A DNA stretch of 64,000 bases from Proteobacteria bacterium bin106 (GTDB taxonomy: Bacteria; Bdellovibrionota_B; Oligoflexia; Oligoflexales; Bin106). A program made the translations under genes and the position numbers. The notes under the pieces were generated by a model. That model ran no database searches. It was not told the DNA's origin and worked only from the letters and a program-made list of their open reading frames with translations. The stretch spans positions 72,855-136,854 of the forward strand of contig MPNI01000002.1 of NCBI GenBank assembly GCA_002238945.1. The letters are read 5' to 3'. Positions 8,376-18,105 of the stretch are shown here, piece after piece (position 1 is the stretch's first letter; every line of letters starts with the position of its first letter).

Positions 8376-9803
8376 ATGCATATTTCTACAGGTCTAGACA
8401 TTCCTATTAAAGGATCACCTAGACATGTGGTGGACCAGCTTAAACCTGTAAGCTCTTATGCTTTACTCGCCCGTGATTATCATGGTATGCGTCCTACCAT
8501 GCATGTGCGTGTGGGTGATGAGGTAAAGCTAGGGGATATACTTTTTGAAGACAAAAAACAACCAGGTGTGTCCTTTGTCTCTCCTGCTTCAGGCAAAGTA
8601 ACTGCTATCCATCGTGGCGAGCGTCGCACTTTTTTGTCATGTGTGATCAAAAGCTCTGCAAAGCACTTAGAAGATGATGATGGTTTAAGTAAAAAGGCTT
8701 TCTTTACTCCCATAGATCCAGGCACTTTAGCTTCTTTATCCTCAGCAGACATACGCAGGCGCTTGCTTGATTCTGGCTTATGGACAGCTATCCGCAGAAG
8801 ACCTTTTTCTAAAACCCCTGCTGTGGATGAACAGCCTCGAGCGGTCTTTGTTTCCACAGTGGATTCAAGGCCTTTAGCCTTTAATCCCCAAATAGTCATT
8901 GCTGAGCACTCAGAGGCTTTTGATGCAGGCCTTGGGGTGTTACATGGCTTAACCGGTAAAGATATTTACTTGAATACGGCTCCTAATCAAAGTGTTCCAA
9001 ACAAGCCGTTTATTCACCATGAAGAATGGCAAGGCAAGCATCCTTGTGGATTAGTGGGAACACATATGCATATGCTACTGCCTGTGAGTTTAACGCATGT
9101 GAATTGGCATGTGGGCTATCAAGATGTGATAGCCATGGGATATCTTTTTATAAAAGGATGTCATTGGTTAGATCGTTATGTGGCTTTATGTGGTCCGGTG
9201 GTGGATAATCCTCGCATTATCAAAACCCGTCTTGGTGCTTGCTTAAGTGAGTTAGTGGGGCAAGAACATATCAACCTCAAAGGACTTACGACAGCTCCTT
9301 ATGATCAGCTTAGTCCTACAGAGAATAAAAAAAACCGCATTCGAGTGATATCAGGCTCGGTATTAGGGGGACATACAGCTAGAGAAGCTCACGATTATTT
9401 ATCACGTTTTGACTATCAAGTCACTTTGCTAGCAGAAGGCCACGAGCGCGATTTCTTTTTAACCAAAGGCTGGTTATCTCCTGGCTTTCATAAGTTTTCA
9501 TTACTTGGAACCTATCTGGGTAAGTTTGTACCAGGCTATCTGTTTCCTATGACCACTTCTACTCAAGGATCGAAGCGAGCCATGGTCCCTATTGGGTTAT
9601 ATGAAAAAGTGATGCCTTTGGATATTTTAGCCACCTATTTGCTCCGAGCTTTGATTGCTAAAGATACCCAAAGAGCTCAAGAACTAGGGGCTTTAGAGCT
9701 TGATGAAGAGGATCTAGCCTTAGCTACATTTGTGTGTGCTGGCAAATATGAGTATGGCCCTATTTTAAGAGATAACCTTACAGACATAGAGAAAAACGGT
9801 TGA
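8376..9803 (+). CDS. nqrA: Na+-translocating NADH:quinone oxidoreductase subunit A
   Basis: N-terminus MHISTGLDIPIKGSP is typical of NqrA, and this is the first gene of the nqrA-F order. ATG at 8376 has GAGG 9 nt upstream; the ORF track's TTG is at 8361. Confidence 0.9.
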   Translation: MHISTGLDIPIKGSPRHVVDQLKPVSSYALLARDYHGMRPTMHVRVGDEVKLGDILFEDKKQPGVSFVSPASGKVTAIHRGERRTFLSCVIKSSAKHLEDDDGLSKKAFFTPIDPGTLASLSSADIRRRLLDSGLWTAIRRRPFSKTPAVDEQPRAVFVSTVDSRPLAFNPQIVIAEHSEAFDAGLGVLHGLTGKDIYLNTAPNQSVPNKPFIHHEEWQGKHPCGLVGTHMHMLLPVSLTHVNWHVGYQDVIAMGYLFIKGCHWLDRYVALCGPVVDNPRIIKTRLGACLSELVGQEHINLKGLTTAPYDQLSPTENKKNRIRVISGSVLGGHTAREAHDYLSRFDYQVTLLAEGHERDFFLTKGWLSPGFHKFSLLGTYLGKFVPGYLFPMTTSTQGSKRAMVPIGLYEKVMPLDILATYLLRALIAKDTQRAQELGALELDEEDLALATFVCAGKYEYGPILRDNLTDIEKNG

Positions 9804-9804
9804 T

Positions 9805-11013
9805 ATGATTCGCAAGCTTCGCTCCATATTAGATACCCTAGAGCCTCATTTTCTTAAAGGAGGTAAGCTAGCTAAGTTGTTTCCATTGTATGAAGCAGCT
9901 GACACCTTCTTGTTTACGCCCTCATCGGTGACACAAACCACAGCTCACGTGCGTGATGCCATTGATTTAAAGCGCATGATGTTTTCTGTGATTATCGCTC
10001 TCCAGCCGGTGATTTTGATGGCTCAGTACAACACCGGCTTGCAAGCTAACTTAGGCTTGCAAGCCATGGGAATGGATGCTTCTCCTTCACAGTGGCGAGC
10101 CCTGATTTTGGAGTTTTTAGGCTTAGGATACAACCCTCATAGTCTATGGGATAACTTTGTCCATGGCATGCTGTATTTTGTACCTATTTTTCTAGTGACT
10201 CAACTTGCAGGGGGCATCACTGAGGCTTTATTTGCTAGCTTTCGTAAGCATGAAATCAACGAAGGATTTCTTGTTACCGGCATGCTTTATCCTTTAACTC
10301 TGCCTCCTGATATACCTCTGTGGCAAGTGGCTTTAGGGATTATTTTTGGTGTAGCTGTGGGTAAGGAGATTTTTGGAGGTACGGGCAAGAACTTTCTTAA
10401 TCCTGCTTTAACAGGCAGAGCCTTTTTGTATTTTGCTTACCCAGCTGACAGCTCTGGCAACTCGGTGTGGGTTGCAGTGGATGGTTATTCCAAAGCTACT
10501 CCTTTGGCTGATGCTGCCGAAGGTGGCATGCCTATGCTTACAGCAAACTTTGATTGGTGGTCCTCTTTTTTAGGTTTTATCCCAGGATCCATGGGAGAAA
10601 CCTCTGCTTTAGGGTGTTTGCTGGGAGCTTCTTTGCTTGTGGTCATGGGCATTGCTTCATTGCGGATCATGGTAGCCATGGTCCTTGCCAGTGCTACCGT
10701 TATCACTTTATTCAATGTATTTGGTAGCTCTGGGTATTTTGACGTGCCTTTTTATTGGCATTTTGTCATGGGAGGGTTTGCTTTTGCCATGGCTTTTATG
10801 GCCACAGATCCTGTTTCAGCAGCCTATACCGGTACCGGTAAGATTTATTATGGGTTATTGATTGGTGTTATGGTTGCTATTGTCCGAGTGATCAACCCTG
10901 CTTATCCTGAAGGCACCATGCTGGCTATCTTATTTGCTAATTCTTTTGCTCCTCTTATCGATTACTTTGTGATCCGCTCTAACATCAAAAGGAGGTTAGC
11001 GCGCGATGGCTAA
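9805..11013 (+). CDS. nqrB: Na+-NQR subunit B
   Basis: Polytopic membrane protein with NqrB/RnfD-type motifs (GKEIFGGTGKNFLNPALTGRAFL, ATDPVSA). Position in the operon fits. Confidence 0.93.
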   Translation: MIRKLRSILDTLEPHFLKGGKLAKLFPLYEAADTFLFTPSSVTQTTAHVRDAIDLKRMMFSVIIALQPVILMAQYNTGLQANLGLQAMGMDASPSQWRALILEFLGLGYNPHSLWDNFVHGMLYFVPIFLVTQLAGGITEALFASFRKHEINEGFLVTGMLYPLTLPPDIPLWQVALGIIFGVAVGKEIFGGTGKNFLNPALTGRAFLYFAYPADSSGNSVWVAVDGYSKATPLADAAEGGMPMLTANFDWWSSFLGFIPGSMGETSALGCLLGASLLVVMGIASLRIMVAMVLASATVITLFNVFGSSGYFDVPFYWHFVMGGFAFAMAFMATDPVSAAYTGTGKIYYGLLIGVMVAIVRVINPAYPEGTMLAILFANSFAPLIDYFVIRSNIKRRLARDG

Positions 11014-11881
11014 GCACTCCACTCAATCTATTTTTCTTGTGGCCACAATTCTTGCTGTATTCTGCTCGGTGTTAGTGAGTAGTGCTGTGGTGTTGTTAGC
11101 TGACAAGCAAGAAAAGAACATGTTGCTCTTTAAACGCTCAAATGTGTTGGTTGCAGCAGGTTTAACAGTGGCTAACGATCAGGTAGAAGAGGTTTATGAG
11201 GCAACTATTGAAAAACGTTTTGTGGATCTCAGCAAAGGCACCTACACCAAAGCTCCTGATGATCCCACTTTTGATTCTGTGGATGCAGCCAAAGAGCCTG
11301 CTTGGATGGAAATTATCCCAGCCAAAAAAGATGTAGCACGCATCAAAAGACGTTCTCGGATCAGTGAGGTGTATTTTTTTCGTGCTACAAGACTTCCTGA
11401 GGGTTTTCAAGAAAGACCCGACAACAGTACCAACAAAGCAGATGATGGGGATAAGGATAAAGATAAAGATAAGGATGAGAATAAGGATACCATCACCAGT
11501 ATTATTTTACCGCTACGAGGCAAGGGATTATGGTCCACTATGAAAGGATTTCTGGCTTTAGATCCCACATCTTTGGTGGTTAAAGGATTGAGTTTTTATT
11601 CCCATGGTGAAACCCCGGGACTTGGTGGAGAAATTGATAATCCTCGCTGGCGGGCTCAGTGGCCTGGTAAGCGCATTTATAATGATCGTGGTGATGTGGC
11701 TATTAGGGTTTTAAAAGGGCAGGTACCAGCAAATGATCCAAGGAAAAACTATCATCTTGATGGCCTTTCTGGTGCCACTTTAACATCCAATGGAGTGACG
11801 ATGATGATGGTGTATTGGCTGGGTGAAAGTGGCTATCAGCGATTTTTAAAAGAGCAACAAAAGCAAGGTTGGCCGTTATGA
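11006..11881 (+). CDS. nqrC: Na+-NQR subunit C (with a KD-rich insertion)
   Basis: N-terminal TM helix, FMN-attachment region [14 protein letters not shown], and operon position. Contains the insertion [18 protein letters not shown]. Confidence 0.85.
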   Translation: MAKHSTQSIFLVATILAVFCSVLVSSAVVLLADKQEKNMLLFKRSNVLVAAGLTVANDQVEEVYEATIEKRFVDLSKGTYTKAPDDPTFDSVDAAKEPAWMEIIPAKKDVARIKRRSRISEVYFFRATRLPEGFQERPDNSTNKADDGDKDKDKDKDENKDTITSIILPLRGKGLWSTMKGFLALDPTSLVVKGLSFYSHGETPGLGGEIDNPRWRAQWPGKRIYNDRGDVAIRVLKGQVPANDPRKNYHLDGLSGATLTSNGVTMMMVYWLGESGYQRFLKEQQKQGWPL

Positions 11882-12504
11882 TAACCAAAGCAAAAACATT
11901 ACTCTTTCGGCCTATTATTGCCAACAACCCTATTGCTTTACAGGTTTTAGGGATTTGTTCCGCTCTTGCTGTAACCACTCAGATGAAACAAGTTATGGCT
12001 ATGTGTATAGCTGTGGTGTTTGTGTGTGGTGTTTCATCCCTTGCTGTCTCTTTGATCCGTAAGTACATACCTGGATCTATCCGTATTATTGTCCAGATGG
12101 TGATTATTGCTTCAGCTGTTATTGTGGTGGATCAGTTTCTCAAAGCTTATGCTTTTGAGGTTTCTAAAACCATGAGTGTTTTTGTGGGACTTATTATCAC
12201 CAACTGTATTGTGCTTGGACGTGCTGGAGGCTTTGCCATGGAAAACCCTCCTTTATCTTCTTTTATAGACGGCATTGGCAATGGGTTAGGCTATAGCTTT
12301 GTTTTGATTATTGTGGGTGTTGTCCGTGAATTGCTAGGATCAGGTAGCCTGTTTGGTATAGAGATATTATCTAAGGTTTCTGATGGTGGTTGGTACACAC
12401 CAAATGGCTTATTTTTACTTGCTCCCAGTGCCTTTTTTATTATCGGTTTTATTATCTGCGCTATCCGTCTCTATGATTCTGCACAAATTGAAGAAGACAA
12501 CTAA
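11878..12504 (+). CDS. nqrD: Na+-NQR subunit D
   Basis: [18 protein letters not shown] motif. ATG at 11878 overlaps the nqrC stop (ATGA); the ORF track's TTG is at 11869. Confidence 0.93.
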   Translation: MITKAKTLLFRPIIANNPIALQVLGICSALAVTTQMKQVMAMCIAVVFVCGVSSLAVSLIRKYIPGSIRIIVQMVIIASAVIVVDQFLKAYAFEVSKTMSVFVGLIITNCIVLGRAGGFAMENPPLSSFIDGIGNGLGYSFVLIIVGVVRELLGSGSLFGIEILSKVSDGGWYTPNGLFLLAPSAFFIIGFIICAIRLYDSAQIEEDN

Positions 12505-12532
12505 ACTCTCATCTATATTATCTATAAAATAA

Positions 12533-12556
12533 AACAACACAACAACACAACAACAC
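12533..12556. repeat. 8-nt tandem repeat (aacaacac x3) in the nqrD-nqrE spacer
   Basis: Read directly. Confidence 0.9.
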
Positions 12557-12574
12557 AAAAAGGAACCTCTTGCG

Positions 12575-13195
12575 ATGATGTGGGATCACTATCTTGCCAT
12601 TTTGATTAAAGCGGTTTTTGTGGAAAACCTCGCTTTAGCTTTTTTTCTTGGCATGTGTACATTTCTTGCGGTATCCAAACAAGTAAGTACTGCTATAGGT
12701 TTAGGTATTGCGGTGATTGTAGTACAAGGCATCACTGTTCCTTTGAACCATCTTTTTTTAAAATACCTTCTTGCTGAAGGCTCTGTTGTGTTATCTTTTT
12801 TTTCGCTTAAGGATATAGATCTCACTTTTCTGTCTCTTATTACCTTTATTGGTACCATTGCAGCTTCTGTACAGATCCTTGAAATGACCTTAGATCGTTT
12901 TACCCCTAAGCTTTACAATGCTTTAGGCATTTTTCTGCCACTCATCACCGTGAATTGTGCCATTCTTGGCGGCAGTTTATTTATGCAAGAGCGGGAGTAC
13001 AACTTTGCCGAAAGTATGGTGTATGGGGTGGGAACAGGTATTGGTTGGGCATTAGCTATTGCTGCTTTAGCTGGTATTCGTGAAAAAATGAAATACTCTG
13101 ATGTTCCTGCTCCTTTACGTGGTCTTGGCATCACCTTTATCACAGTGGGCTTGATGGCTCTGAGTTTTCTTGCCTTTTCTGGCATAGATATCTAA
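12575..13195 (+). CDS. nqrE: Na+-NQR subunit E
   Basis: [22 protein letters not shown] motif typical of NqrE/RnfE. Confidence 0.93.
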   Translation: MMWDHYLAILIKAVFVENLALAFFLGMCTFLAVSKQVSTAIGLGIAVIVVQGITVPLNHLFLKYLLAEGSVVLSFFSLKDIDLTFLSLITFIGTIAASVQILEMTLDRFTPKLYNALGIFLPLITVNCAILGGSLFMQEREYNFAESMVYGVGTGIGWALAIAALAGIREKMKYSDVPAPLRGLGITFITVGLMALSFLAFSGIDI

Positions 13196-13262
13196 AAATA
13201 AAACATGTATACCGATAACAACAAGCAAGAACAAGAAAGAGAGTAAGAAAGGTCTTTAATTA

Positions 13263-14483
13263 ATGGAACTCATACTGGGCCCTGTGGTTTTTACATGCAT
13301 TGTATTGCTTTTAGTGGCCGTGATTTTGCTTGCAAGGTACTATCTTGTTCCTGCTGGTAATGTAACCATAAAAATCAACAATGAGCGCGAGATTAAAACC
13401 GAGCCTTCAGGAAAATTACTGGAAGTTCTTGCTGGTAACGGCATATTTGTGGGTTCTGCTTGTGGTGGAGGTGGTACATGTGCCCAATGCACGGTGAAGG
13501 TGTTTTCTGGTGGAGGTGATATTTTAGCTACAGAAAAAGGCCATATTTCCAATAAAGAAGCTAAAGAGGGCCAACGACTTTCCTGTCAAGTGGCTGTGAA
13601 GCAGGATATGGAAATTGAAGTTCCTGCTGAGGTTTTTGCTACTAAGAAATGGCAATGTAAGGTAAAAAGCAATAATAATGTGGCTACTTTCATCAAAGAG
13701 CTAGTCCTTGAGCTTCCTCCCGGAGAGGATGTCCATTTTAAAGCCGGTGGTTATATTCAAATCGAAGCTCCACCGTCAACCATTGATTTTAACAAGATCA
13801 TTGTGGATGATCAGTATCGCAGTGAATGGGATCAATACAAGATCTTTGATTTAAAATGTCATATCACAGAGCCCGTCATTCGTGCGTATTCCATGGCCAA
13901 CTGTCCTGCTGAAAAGGGTATTATTATGCTTAATGTCCGTATCGCCACACCTCCACCGGCTCTATGGAATAAGGTTTCACCGGGATGGATGTCATCATAT
14001 ATTTTTCAATTAAAACCCGGTGATACGGTCACAATTTCGGGACCTTATGGAGAGTTTTTTGCAAAAAACACCCAAGCTGAAATGATCTATGTGGGTGGAG
14101 GGGCTGGTATGGCCCCCATGCGATCTCATCTCTTTGATCTGCTTAAAACCAAGAGATCCACTAGAAAAATATCTTTTTGGTATGGAGCTCGCTCTAAAAA
14201 AGAGATGTTCTATGATGAAGATTTTAAGGCTCTAGCAGAAAAATGTGCCAATTTCACCTATCATGTGGGATTATCTGATGCCCTCCCTGAAGATGATTGG
14301 CAAGGCTACAAAGGCTTTATTCATCAGATTCTCTTAGATGAATACTTACAAAACCATGAAGCACCAGAGGATTGTGAATACTATATCTGTGGCCCTCCCA
14401 TGATGAACACCTCAGTGATTGCCATGTTAACTTCTTTAGGTGTGGAGCCAGAAAACATTATGCTCGATGATTTTGGTGGATAA
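13263..14483 (+). CDS. nqrF: Na+-NQR subunit F
   Basis: N-terminal TM helix, 2Fe-2S ferredoxin cysteines ([10 protein letters not shown]...C) and an FNR-like FAD/NAD module ([16 protein letters not shown]). Confidence 0.95.
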   Translation: MELILGPVVFTCIVLLLVAVILLARYYLVPAGNVTIKINNEREIKTEPSGKLLEVLAGNGIFVGSACGGGGTCAQCTVKVFSGGGDILATEKGHISNKEAKEGQRLSCQVAVKQDMEIEVPAEVFATKKWQCKVKSNNNVATFIKELVLELPPGEDVHFKAGGYIQIEAPPSTIDFNKIIVDDQYRSEWDQYKIFDLKCHITEPVIRAYSMANCPAEKGIIMLNVRIATPPPALWNKVSPGWMSSYIFQLKPGDTVTISGPYGEFFAKNTQAEMIYVGGGAGMAPMRSHLFDLLKTKRSTRKISFWYGARSKKEMFYDEDFKALAEKCANFTYHVGLSDALPEDDWQGYKGFIHQILLDEYLQNHEAPEDCEYYICGPPMMNTSVIAMLTSLGVEPENIMLDDFGG

Positions 14484-14551
14484 GATAGATAAAAATAGCA
14501 TAAACACAACAAGCTGATCTTAAAATTCACATTAACAATAACAGTAGAAGT

Positions 14552-14575
14552 AAACTTAAACTTAAACTTAAACTT
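14552..14575. repeat. 6-nt tandem repeat (aaactt x4) upstream of apbE
   Basis: Read directly. Confidence 0.9.
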
Positions 14576-14589
14576 AAAAAAGCCCTCAC

Positions 14590-15795
14590 ATGGTCACCGA
14601 AGATTACAAACACATTCCCAAAAAAGCCCTAGAGCATGCTTTAAGGCAACCCGAGAAATCACCTGCACAAACAAAAGCATCTCTTTTTGCTTTAGCTGTG
14701 GTGAGTGTTGGGTTATTAGGCTGGTTTGTCTATGCCTCCACTAACCCTAGGCAACTTGTCATTAAGGGCCAAACCATGGGCACCCATTATGTGGTGAAAT
14801 ACATCAGTGGGGCAGTGGATGAAGAAGATAGCTCAGCAACGCAAGCTGACTTCACATCCTTAACGACGGGCATAGAGGATCTCCTGGAACGTCTTAACGC
14901 TCAGGTTTCCACCTACGATCCTGACTCTGAGATTTCCAAATTCAATAACTCTCGATCTTTAGAACCCATTACCCTTTCAGCAGATTTTTTTGCCGTAGTA
15001 GAGCTTGCCAGTAAGGTCCATGAACGTTCTAGATTTGCTTTTGATCCCACCATCGCTCCTTTGATCAATGTCTGGGGATTTGGTGAAAAAACCTCCAGAA
15101 AAAAGATGGTACTACCAGATCCGGATGCTTTAAAGAAAGCTGCAGCAAAAGTAGGCTTTAAAAAACACCTCAAACTTGATCCACAGACCCAAAGCTTGCA
15201 GAAAATGCATCCTGAAATATCTGTAAATATATCTGCTATAGCTAAAGGTTATGGGGTAGATAAGATAGCTCAATATCTTGAAGAGCAGGGATTAAAACAT
15301 TATCTTGTGGATATCGGGGGTGAAACTCGTGCTCGTGGTATGAATGTGAACAAACAACCATGGTCTGTGGGCATTCAAACCCCCACAGCGGTAACAGAGA
15401 ACTCTCCCTCAGAAGAAGCTAGTCATGTGAAGCGAGTGATACCTCTCAAAAACATGTCTTTAGCAACCTCAGGTACGTATTTGAATTTTTTTATTAAAGA
15501 TGGCAAGCGTTATTCACATATCCTCGATCCCCGGACTTCTTATCCCATCGATCATCTGGTAGCTTCTGTATCTGTGATGGCTAAACGTTGCATCGAAGCT
15601 GATGCTTACGCCACAGCACTTTTGGTTTTAGGGCTAAAAGAAGGATTAGCCCTTGCCGAAAAACTCGGCATTGCTGCTCTTTTTATGACAGGTGATGTGC
15701 CTCATGGTACAAACAAAGATTTTAAAATCACCACATCTAGTGCTTGGAAAAGCTTAGTCAAAAATCAACACAACTTACAAAAAACACAACCTTAG
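14590..15795 (+). CDS. apbE: FAD:protein FMN transferase ApbE
   Basis: ApbE-type motifs (TMGTHYVVKY, FDPTIAPLINVWGFG, AIAKGYGVD, ATSGTY...HILDPRT, ADAYATAL). Lies immediately downstream of nqrF. Confidence 0.85.
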   Translation: MVTEDYKHIPKKALEHALRQPEKSPAQTKASLFALAVVSVGLLGWFVYASTNPRQLVIKGQTMGTHYVVKYISGAVDEEDSSATQADFTSLTTGIEDLLERLNAQVSTYDPDSEISKFNNSRSLEPITLSADFFAVVELASKVHERSRFAFDPTIAPLINVWGFGEKTSRKKMVLPDPDALKKAAAKVGFKKHLKLDPQTQSLQKMHPEISVNISAIAKGYGVDKIAQYLEEQGLKHYLVDIGGETRARGMNVNKQPWSVGIQTPTAVTENSPSEEASHVKRVIPLKNMSLATSGTYLNFFIKDGKRYSHILDPRTSYPIDHLVASVSVMAKRCIEADAYATALLVLGLKEGLALAEKLGIAALFMTGDVPHGTNKDFKITTSSAWKSLVKNQHNLQKTQP

Positions 15796-15894
15796 TTTTA
15801 ATTTTTTATAGCTAGCCTAAAACGAGCCTAAGCAAGCTCTTATCCTAACTGAATTTTCATATCACATTTTTCATCTGCTACGGTGTGTCTTTCT

Positions 15895-16113
15895 ATGCTA
15901 ACGATGGTGATTCTATGTTGTGTGATCGTTTTGCTATCCATAGCTATGATGGCTGTGGGTTATATATGTCAAAAAAAAGCTATTAAGGGCAGTTGTGGAG
16001 GCATAGCTGCTTGGCAGAACACGCAAGCCTCTTTGTCAGACACAAACACCACCATAGAATGCAGGCAGTGTGGCAAACCTTTAACGTCTGAATCCCCTTG
16101 TGAACAATCCTAG
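15895..16113 (+). CDS. nqrM: (Na+)-NQR maturation factor NqrM (DUF539-like)
   Basis: Small single-TM protein with KGSCGGIA followed by CxxC and a further Cys. Lies directly after apbE, as in characterised nqr loci. ATG at 15895 preferred over GTG at 15883. Confidence 0.65.
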   Translation: MLTMVILCCVIVLLSIAMMAVGYICQKKAIKGSCGGIAAWQNTQASLSDTNTTIECRQCGKPLTSESPCEQS

Positions 16114-16122
16114 TCGATATCC

Positions 16123-17217
16123 CTAATCTCTATGAGGACTATGAGCATAGGGATAGAGTGTTTTGAGCACTGTTTTAAATTCATCAGGTAGTGGTGAGCT
16201 AAAGGTGAGATGGGTTTTATGATGAGGATGCTTAAAGCCTAGATAACGTGCATGAAGCAGCTGTCCTGATAGTTGCAATGGCTGTGTATCTGTAGACGTA
16301 GACAAAGAACCACTGGAAAGGCCCATTTCTTTTAAAAAAGCACCGTACCGACATTTTCTATGTCGTTTATAGGTCTTATCGCCTAATACCGGTGTTTTAA
16401 GGTGTTGTGCGTGAACGCGAATTTGATGAGTACGGCCAGTACTGAGTTTGATGGTGCATAAATCAAAGCGTTTGGCAAAACTCACTTTTTGTACAAATTG
16501 AGAGCAAGCATAATGAAAATAAGCTGGTAAGGATGCGTTATAGGTCTTTTTTGCTTCATCTATTTCCATGGATGTGTAACGGGTACGTGAAGTAGGGCAG
16601 CGATAAAGATAGCTTTCATAGCGAATGGCTGGCTGACTTAAACAGCCATCTAATAAGGCAACATACTCACGATAAGTGGTACGCTGATGAAACTGCTGGG
16701 TAAGATCTTTATGGGTAAGACCGTCCTTTGCTATCACAATAACCCCTGAAGTGTCTTTGTCGAGACGATGCACAAGCCCACAACGTGGTGGCACATCTGG
16801 CTGCAAAGAAGAACCTATACCAAGGTAAGCCATAACACCTTGAATAAGAGTCTTTTCCTGCTGCCTACCAGCACCAGGATGAATGATAATACCTGGTGGT
16901 TTATTGATAACAAGAAGATAGTCATCTTCAAAGACAATATCTAACTCCATATTTTCAGGCTGCCAAAGAGATGGCTTTTGCGTTAAAGCATGCTCAAGCA
17001 AGGAGTTAAAGCTGTCAGGATTTTTACATATCACCTCATCGCCAGCTTTCAGTAAAGTGCTCGCTTGCGCAGGTTTATCATTGACATAGATATCTTTAGA
17101 AAGAATATATTTTTGAATCACTGATCGTGATAAAGCAGGCCACTGTGCTGTAAGCCATATATCAAGCCTTTGTCCCGATTGCTCTTCGTCAACAATGAAA
17201 GGAACCGAAACGTTCAT
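16123..17217 (-). CDS. rluD: RluA-family 23S rRNA pseudouridine synthase (RluD-like)
   Basis: N-terminal S4-like domain (QRLDIWL...), catalytic HRLDKDTSGV motif, and GRTHQIRVH. Confidence 0.85.
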   Translation of the reverse strand: MNVSVPFIVDEEQSGQRLDIWLTAQWPALSRSVIQKYILSKDIYVNDKPAQASTLLKAGDEVICKNPDSFNSLLEHALTQKPSLWQPENMELDIVFEDDYLLVINKPPGIIIHPGAGRQQEKTLIQGVMAYLGIGSSLQPDVPPRCGLVHRLDKDTSGVIVIAKDGLTHKDLTQQFHQRTTYREYVALLDGCLSQPAIRYESYLYRCPTSRTRYTSMEIDEAKKTYNASLPAYFHYACSQFVQKVSFAKRFDLCTIKLSTGRTHQIRVHAQHLKTPVLGDKTYKRHRKCRYGAFLKEMGLSSGSLSTSTDTQPLQLSGQLLHARYLGFKHPHHKTHLTFSSPLPDEFKTVLKTLYPYAHSPHRD

Positions 17218-17230
17218 AGCACCTGGCTTA

Positions 17231-17842
17231 CTATGTGATATTGCCCCATATGAACAAACTTAGGACCATGCAAATAATATAAAAAGGCGTTTGTAAAAAC
17301 TTTGCCACCAGCCATGATACATCACTCCAGTGTTTAGCCACATAAACCATTCCAGCCCCATAAATCAACGAAGCTACAATCAATGATATCTCTATCACAC
17401 TCATAATCACAGGATCATCTTCTAATATTCCTAAGACAAGCCGGAATACTTCGCCTATTTCTGGGGCATCTGTGAATAAATCGTGGCTACTCATATGGCT
17501 CATAACATCTTCAATAACCGGTGATGAAACCACGCGAAAATAAACAAAATAACCAGCTGTAGCAAATCCTTTAATAGCTGGTTCTAGTCTAAAAAAATAC
17601 GGATTATCTGATCTATAGCTAATGGTTCCTAAAACAACAATGCCCAAAGCAGCTGCAATGATTTTATCACCCAAGCCATCCATCAAAAAATACATCAAGC
17701 CACAGCCCATCACCGTAGCGATCATGCTGACAAGCACAGCCTTCTTTGTACCTTGATGCTTACGCACCACAACATACAATACAAAAGGCACCACAAGAAT
17801 CAGTAGTATAGGTAATATTGTGTTCAAAACATTACCAGACAC
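17231..17842 (-). CDS. polytopic inner-membrane protein (possibly YciB/IspZ-like)
   Basis: About 5-6 hydrophobic helices, GTG start, 13-nt gap to rluD. The family assignment is only an impression. Confidence 0.4.
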   Translation of the reverse strand: MSGNVLNTILPILLILVVPFVLYVVVRKHQGTKKAVLVSMIATVMGCGLMYFLMDGLGDKIIAAALGIVVLGTISYRSDNPYFFRLEPAIKGFATAGYFVYFRVVSSPVIEDVMSHMSSHDLFTDAPEIGEVFRLVLGILEDDPVIMSVIEISLIVASLIYGAGMVYVAKHWSDVSWLVAKFLQTPFYIICMVLSLFIWGNIT

Positions 17843-18105
17843 AAAATAAACCCTTATAACCAGGATAACCAGGCAGCAGCCAAGGATCGCGGCTACAAAC
17901 CATGCTGATTTTCTACTATGAAGCTACTTTCTTTATACGCTACATGTAAGCTATTTACGTATATTACGTATGAGATGTTACGTGTACTACTTATTATATA
18001 TGTATTATGTATGGGCTTTCTATATATTTTGTATACTGTGATGTTATTACCCCAAAAAACACAACCACCTTGTTTTATCTTACTACGTCTTTCAGCAACT
18101 CTGCC

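Noticed and set aside
726-9208. Numerous 60-140-aa ORFs nested in or antisense to larger genes (e.g. 726..1001, 3426..3773, 3779..4363, 6980..7388, 8024..8401, 8480..8899, 9026..9208). Similar ones occur throughout the window.
   Set aside because: Each overlaps a longer ORF with clear family motifs on the other strand or frame, and none has a recognisable motif. I treat them as shadow ORFs.
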